Shown here piece by piece: positions 31,714 to 32,000 of a DNA stretch of 32,000 nt. Numbering within the stretch: the stretch's first letter is position 1; every line of letters begins with the position of its first letter. Source of the stretch: Candidatus Absconditicoccus praedator. GTDB taxonomy: Bacteria; Patescibacteriota; Gracilibacteria; Absconditabacterales; Absconditicoccaceae. Location: the NCBI RefSeq assembly GCF_021057185.1, contig NZ_CP054059.1:930001-962000 (forward strand). Direction: 5' to 3'. The notes beneath the pieces are model-generated. The model had not been told where the DNA came from and did no database searches. It saw only the letters and a program-made list of their open reading frames with translations. A program made the position numbers and the translations under genes.

Positions 31714-31986
31714 ATGCATGTGATTTCTGTAAAAGAAGCACTATCAGAAGAAAATTATCAAGAATATTTTAATACAGCCAAAGAAAATCTACTAGATCAT
31801 ATATGAGATGATAGGTACAATTATCGACAAGATCCTGTCACAAGAGAAGAACTGGATGCATACTTTCACTGATGAACTATAGAATATCCAAGATGAAATG
31901 AAATCCAAATTCCAGCTTGAACTATTTCAGAAGAACTATACGAACTAGCAATCCAGAAACTAGAAGAAGTAGAACAAGCAAGATAG
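31714..31986 (+). CDS. small hypothetical protein (90 aa)
   Basis: ATG 31714 to TAG 31984-31986 with 5 in-frame TGA=Gly. Reads MHVISVKEALSEENYQEYFNTAKENLLDHIGDDRYNYRQDPVTREELDAYFHGG.... Start uncertain. Lies directly downstream of ssrA. Confidence 0.4.
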
Positions 31987-32000
31987 GAAAGGAGAGAAAA

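Noticed and set aside
1-32000. Frequent in-frame TGA considered as pseudogenisation, selenocysteine, or UGA=Trp (table 4)
   Set aside because: The TGAs occur in every gene, including essential ones, and coincide with invariant Gly positions (P-loops, GroEL GGM tail, lipobox). Trp positions use TGG. There are far too many for Sec.

Overview
AT-rich bacterial chromosomal fragment that is only interpretable if TGA is read as glycine (translation table 25, as described for Gracilibacteria and Absconditabacteria/SR1 of the Candidate Phyla Radiation). The supplied standard-code ORF track is therefore fragmentary, and many of its ORFs are antisense artefacts. I re-translated the window by eye with TGA=Gly. 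This gives about 31 tightly packed, often overlapping CDS, all ending at TAA or TAG. Housekeeping genes: pnp, infB, pth, groES-groEL, holB, rnpA, a DUF59 Fe-S protein, an ABC ATPase with a large permease, an MscS channel, an AI-2E transporter, a Memo-like protein and a SpoU methyltransferase. Cell-envelope genes: a signal-peptide beta-rich protein, an FN3 + triple-SLH S-layer-type protein, a PKD-repeat membrane protein, and several small membrane proteins or lipoproteins. There is one IS4-family insertion sequence whose transposase is itself TGA-recoded. It sits inside an array of 37-bp hairpin/palindrome repeats. A one-piece tmRNA (ssrA) lies at the 3' end of the window. The most unusual non-coding signals are the 37-bp repeat array (475-585 and 1874-2020) and a GC-elevated multi-hairpin stretch (30785-30940) just upstream of ssrA. 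One small protein (5342-6010, minus strand) carries a HEPN-like R-x4-H motif. All protein family calls come from visual motif recognition. No database search was possible, and the hypothetical proteins remain unassigned.
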